DNA of 63,375 nucleotides, the filler included, from Octopus bimaculoides (lineage: Eukaryota), in assembly GCF_001194135.2 (NCBI RefSeq). It is 4 parts of 4 records of this genome, joined end to end, with 100 filler letters (N's around TTAATTAATTAA, not from the genome) between each part and the next. Parts side by side here need not be neighbours in the genome. Positions count along the whole stretch, not along the records: positions 47,751 to 63,375 come from NC_069010.1; 3 more parts are not named here. One strand, given 5' to 3'. The notes beneath the pieces were generated by a model. The model did not search any database. It was not told the origin of the DNA and saw nothing but the letters and a program-made list of their open reading frames with translations. Each line of letters begins with the position of its first letter. Position 1 is the stretch's first letter. Positions 61,716-63,375 of the stretch are shown one piece after another. The translations under genes were made by a program, and so were the position numbers.

Positions 61716-62652
61716 TCATCATCGTCGTTTAACGTCCAGTTTCCATGCTAGCATGGGTTGGACGATTTGACTGAGGACTGGTGAAACCAGATGGCTACAC
61801 CAGGCTCCAATCTGATTTGGCAGAGTTTCTACAGCTGGATGCCCTTCCTAATGCCAACCACTGCGAGAGTGTNNNNNNNNNNNNNNNNNNNNNNNNNNNN
61901 NNNNNNNNNNNNNNNNNNNNNNNNNNNNNNNNNNNNNNNNNNNNNNNNNNNNNNNNNNNNNNNNNNNNNNNNNNNNNNNNNNNNNNNNNNNNNNNNNNNN
62001 NNNNNNNNNNNNNNNNNNNNNNNNNNNNNNNNNNNNNNNNNNNNNNNNNNNNNNNNNNNNNNNNNNNNNNNNNNNNNNNNNNNNNNNNNNNNNNNNNNNN
62101 NNNNNNNNNNNNNNNNNNNNNNNNNNNNNNNNNNNNNNNNNNNNNNNNNNNNNNNNNNNNNNGTGCTACCCGTACAAGAGCCAGTCCAGGGGCACTGGCA
62201 ACGATCTCGCTCGAAAATCCTTACACATGTCACGGGCACAAGTGCCAGAAAGGCGACGCTGGGAACAGGTGCCATCCCGATTTCGCTTTCGCTTGCCTCA
62301 ATAAGTCTGCGCAAGCTGAGTTTCGTGTCCAATGAAGGAGACGACGTTGGCATGGGTGCCAGTCGTCGAATGTGAAATAAAGTATCTTGCTCAAGGAGAC
62401 AACACGTCACCGGAGATTGAGTTCACGACCATGAGCCGAATACCCGAACCATTAAGCCAGGCACCTCTACAAACGATATATAGAAAGTCATCTACAAATA
62501 AACAGTCAACAAACAGTAAACAGTTGGTTACTGAACAGTGAAGAGTAGAAGTAACTGTGGTTTAGAAAGTGATCGATAAGCAAACAGTGGACGGATGGTG
62601 AACAGTTGGGAATGAACATAGGTGAACGAAATAAGGAAAACGATTTACTCAC

Positions 62653-62754
62653 AAAGTACCAGTAAGTTACCAGCTTCGAATAAGTCAGCCATCAACTTCC
62701 TGTCATGGTAGTCCATACCAGCATGGTGACAACCCACACCATTGAGGAGGAAAT
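62653..62754 (-). CDS. HFM1: HFM1 exon (102 nt, phase 1 to 1)
   Basis: accaAG|AT FLLNGVGCHHAGMDYHDRKLMADLFEAGNLLVL T|GTgagt. Confidence 0.93.
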
Positions 62755-62918
62755 CTTGGTAAATACAAACACAGAGAAAAAGAATAAAAAGAGAGGTTTT
62801 GTACACAGTGATGTTGTTGTTGTTATTGTAGCTTAGCTTCAAGATTAAAAGGTGTATCCACCCATGGCAATTTCATCTGAATATCAGCAACAGTATGGTA
62901 ATAAATACATATATATAT

Positions 62919-62949
<31 letters not shown>

Positions 62950-62954
62950 GGACA

Positions 62955-63350
62955 GTGAGTTGGCAGAATTGTTAGCAAGTCGGACAAGATGCTTAGTGGT
63001 GTTTTGTTCATCTTGACATTCTGAGTTCAAATTCTACCAAGATCGACTTTTGCCTTTCATTCTTTTTCGAGAAGATAAAATAAGTACCAGTTGGGCACTG
63101 GAGTTCAATGTAACTGACTTAACCCTTCCCTAAAAGTGCTGACTCTGGACAAAAAATTTAAAATTGATATATACATAGGTGCAGGAGTGGCTGCGTGGTG
63201 AGAAGCTTGCTTCCCAACCACATGGTTCTGGGTTCAGTCTCACTGCGTGATATCTTAGGCAAGTGTCCTCTACTATAATCTTGGACCGACCAAAACCTTG
63301 TAAGTGGATTTGGTAGATGGAAACTGAAAGAAGTGTGTCGTATATATATA
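62955..63350 (+). mobile_element. Family B SINE (62955-63160) followed by family A SINE head (63177-63350)
   Basis: TTCTGAGTTCAAATTC...CTTTTGCCTTTCA, then GGTGCAGGAGTGGCTGCGTGGTGAG. Confidence 0.85.
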
Positions 63351-63375
63351 TATATATCTATATACATACATAATT

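Larger units (their letters stand above)
48863..62754 (-). other. HFM1: HFM1/MER3 meiotic Ski2-like DNA helicase gene, internal portion (helicase C-terminal to Sec63 region)
   Basis: Ten GT-AG exons with compatible phases, in the order of the recalled human HFM1 sequence: [54 protein letters not shown]. 5' exons lie beyond the window and 3' exons beyond the spacer. Confidence 0.92.

Overview
AT-rich, repeat-dense animal genomic DNA. The SINE families, microsatellite load and Penelope/Helitron/Tx1 content fit an octopod cephalopod draft assembly (inference). The window is not one locus: three identical 100-nt artificial spacers (44 N + TTAATTAATTAA + 44 N) at 14892-14991, 30100-30199 and 47651-47750 join four segments. 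Segment A (1-14891) holds the last exon of a C-terminal C3HC4 RING gene, a large Penelope-like element (RT + GIY-YIG), a Helitron helicase remnant and several Penelope-type hammerhead ribozyme motifs, one apparently intact (14077-14161). Segment B (14992-30099) holds a decayed L1/Tx1 LINE, mariner and Penelope fragments and a 91-bp mini-Helitron. Segment C (30200-47650) is mostly SINEs and microsatellites, plus a deleted maT-type Tc1/mariner. Segment D (47751-63375) holds ten phase-consistent minus-strand exons of the meiotic helicase HFM1/MER3; one more exon is predicted inside an N gap. Top candidates: (i) the three hammerhead catalytic-core strands, with stems I and III complementary but in non-canonical order, in the 3' UTR of a REL-endonuclease (Hero-like) retrotransposon at 51761-51851; (ii) the intact dimer-type hammerhead; (iii) a ~69-bp minisatellite built from an HFM1 intron/exon junction whose extra copies have all lost the acceptor AG; (iv) several long fold-back repeats in HFM1 introns. 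Most ORFs in the supplied track are microsatellite or N-run artefacts. All alignments and folds were done by eye; no database search was run.
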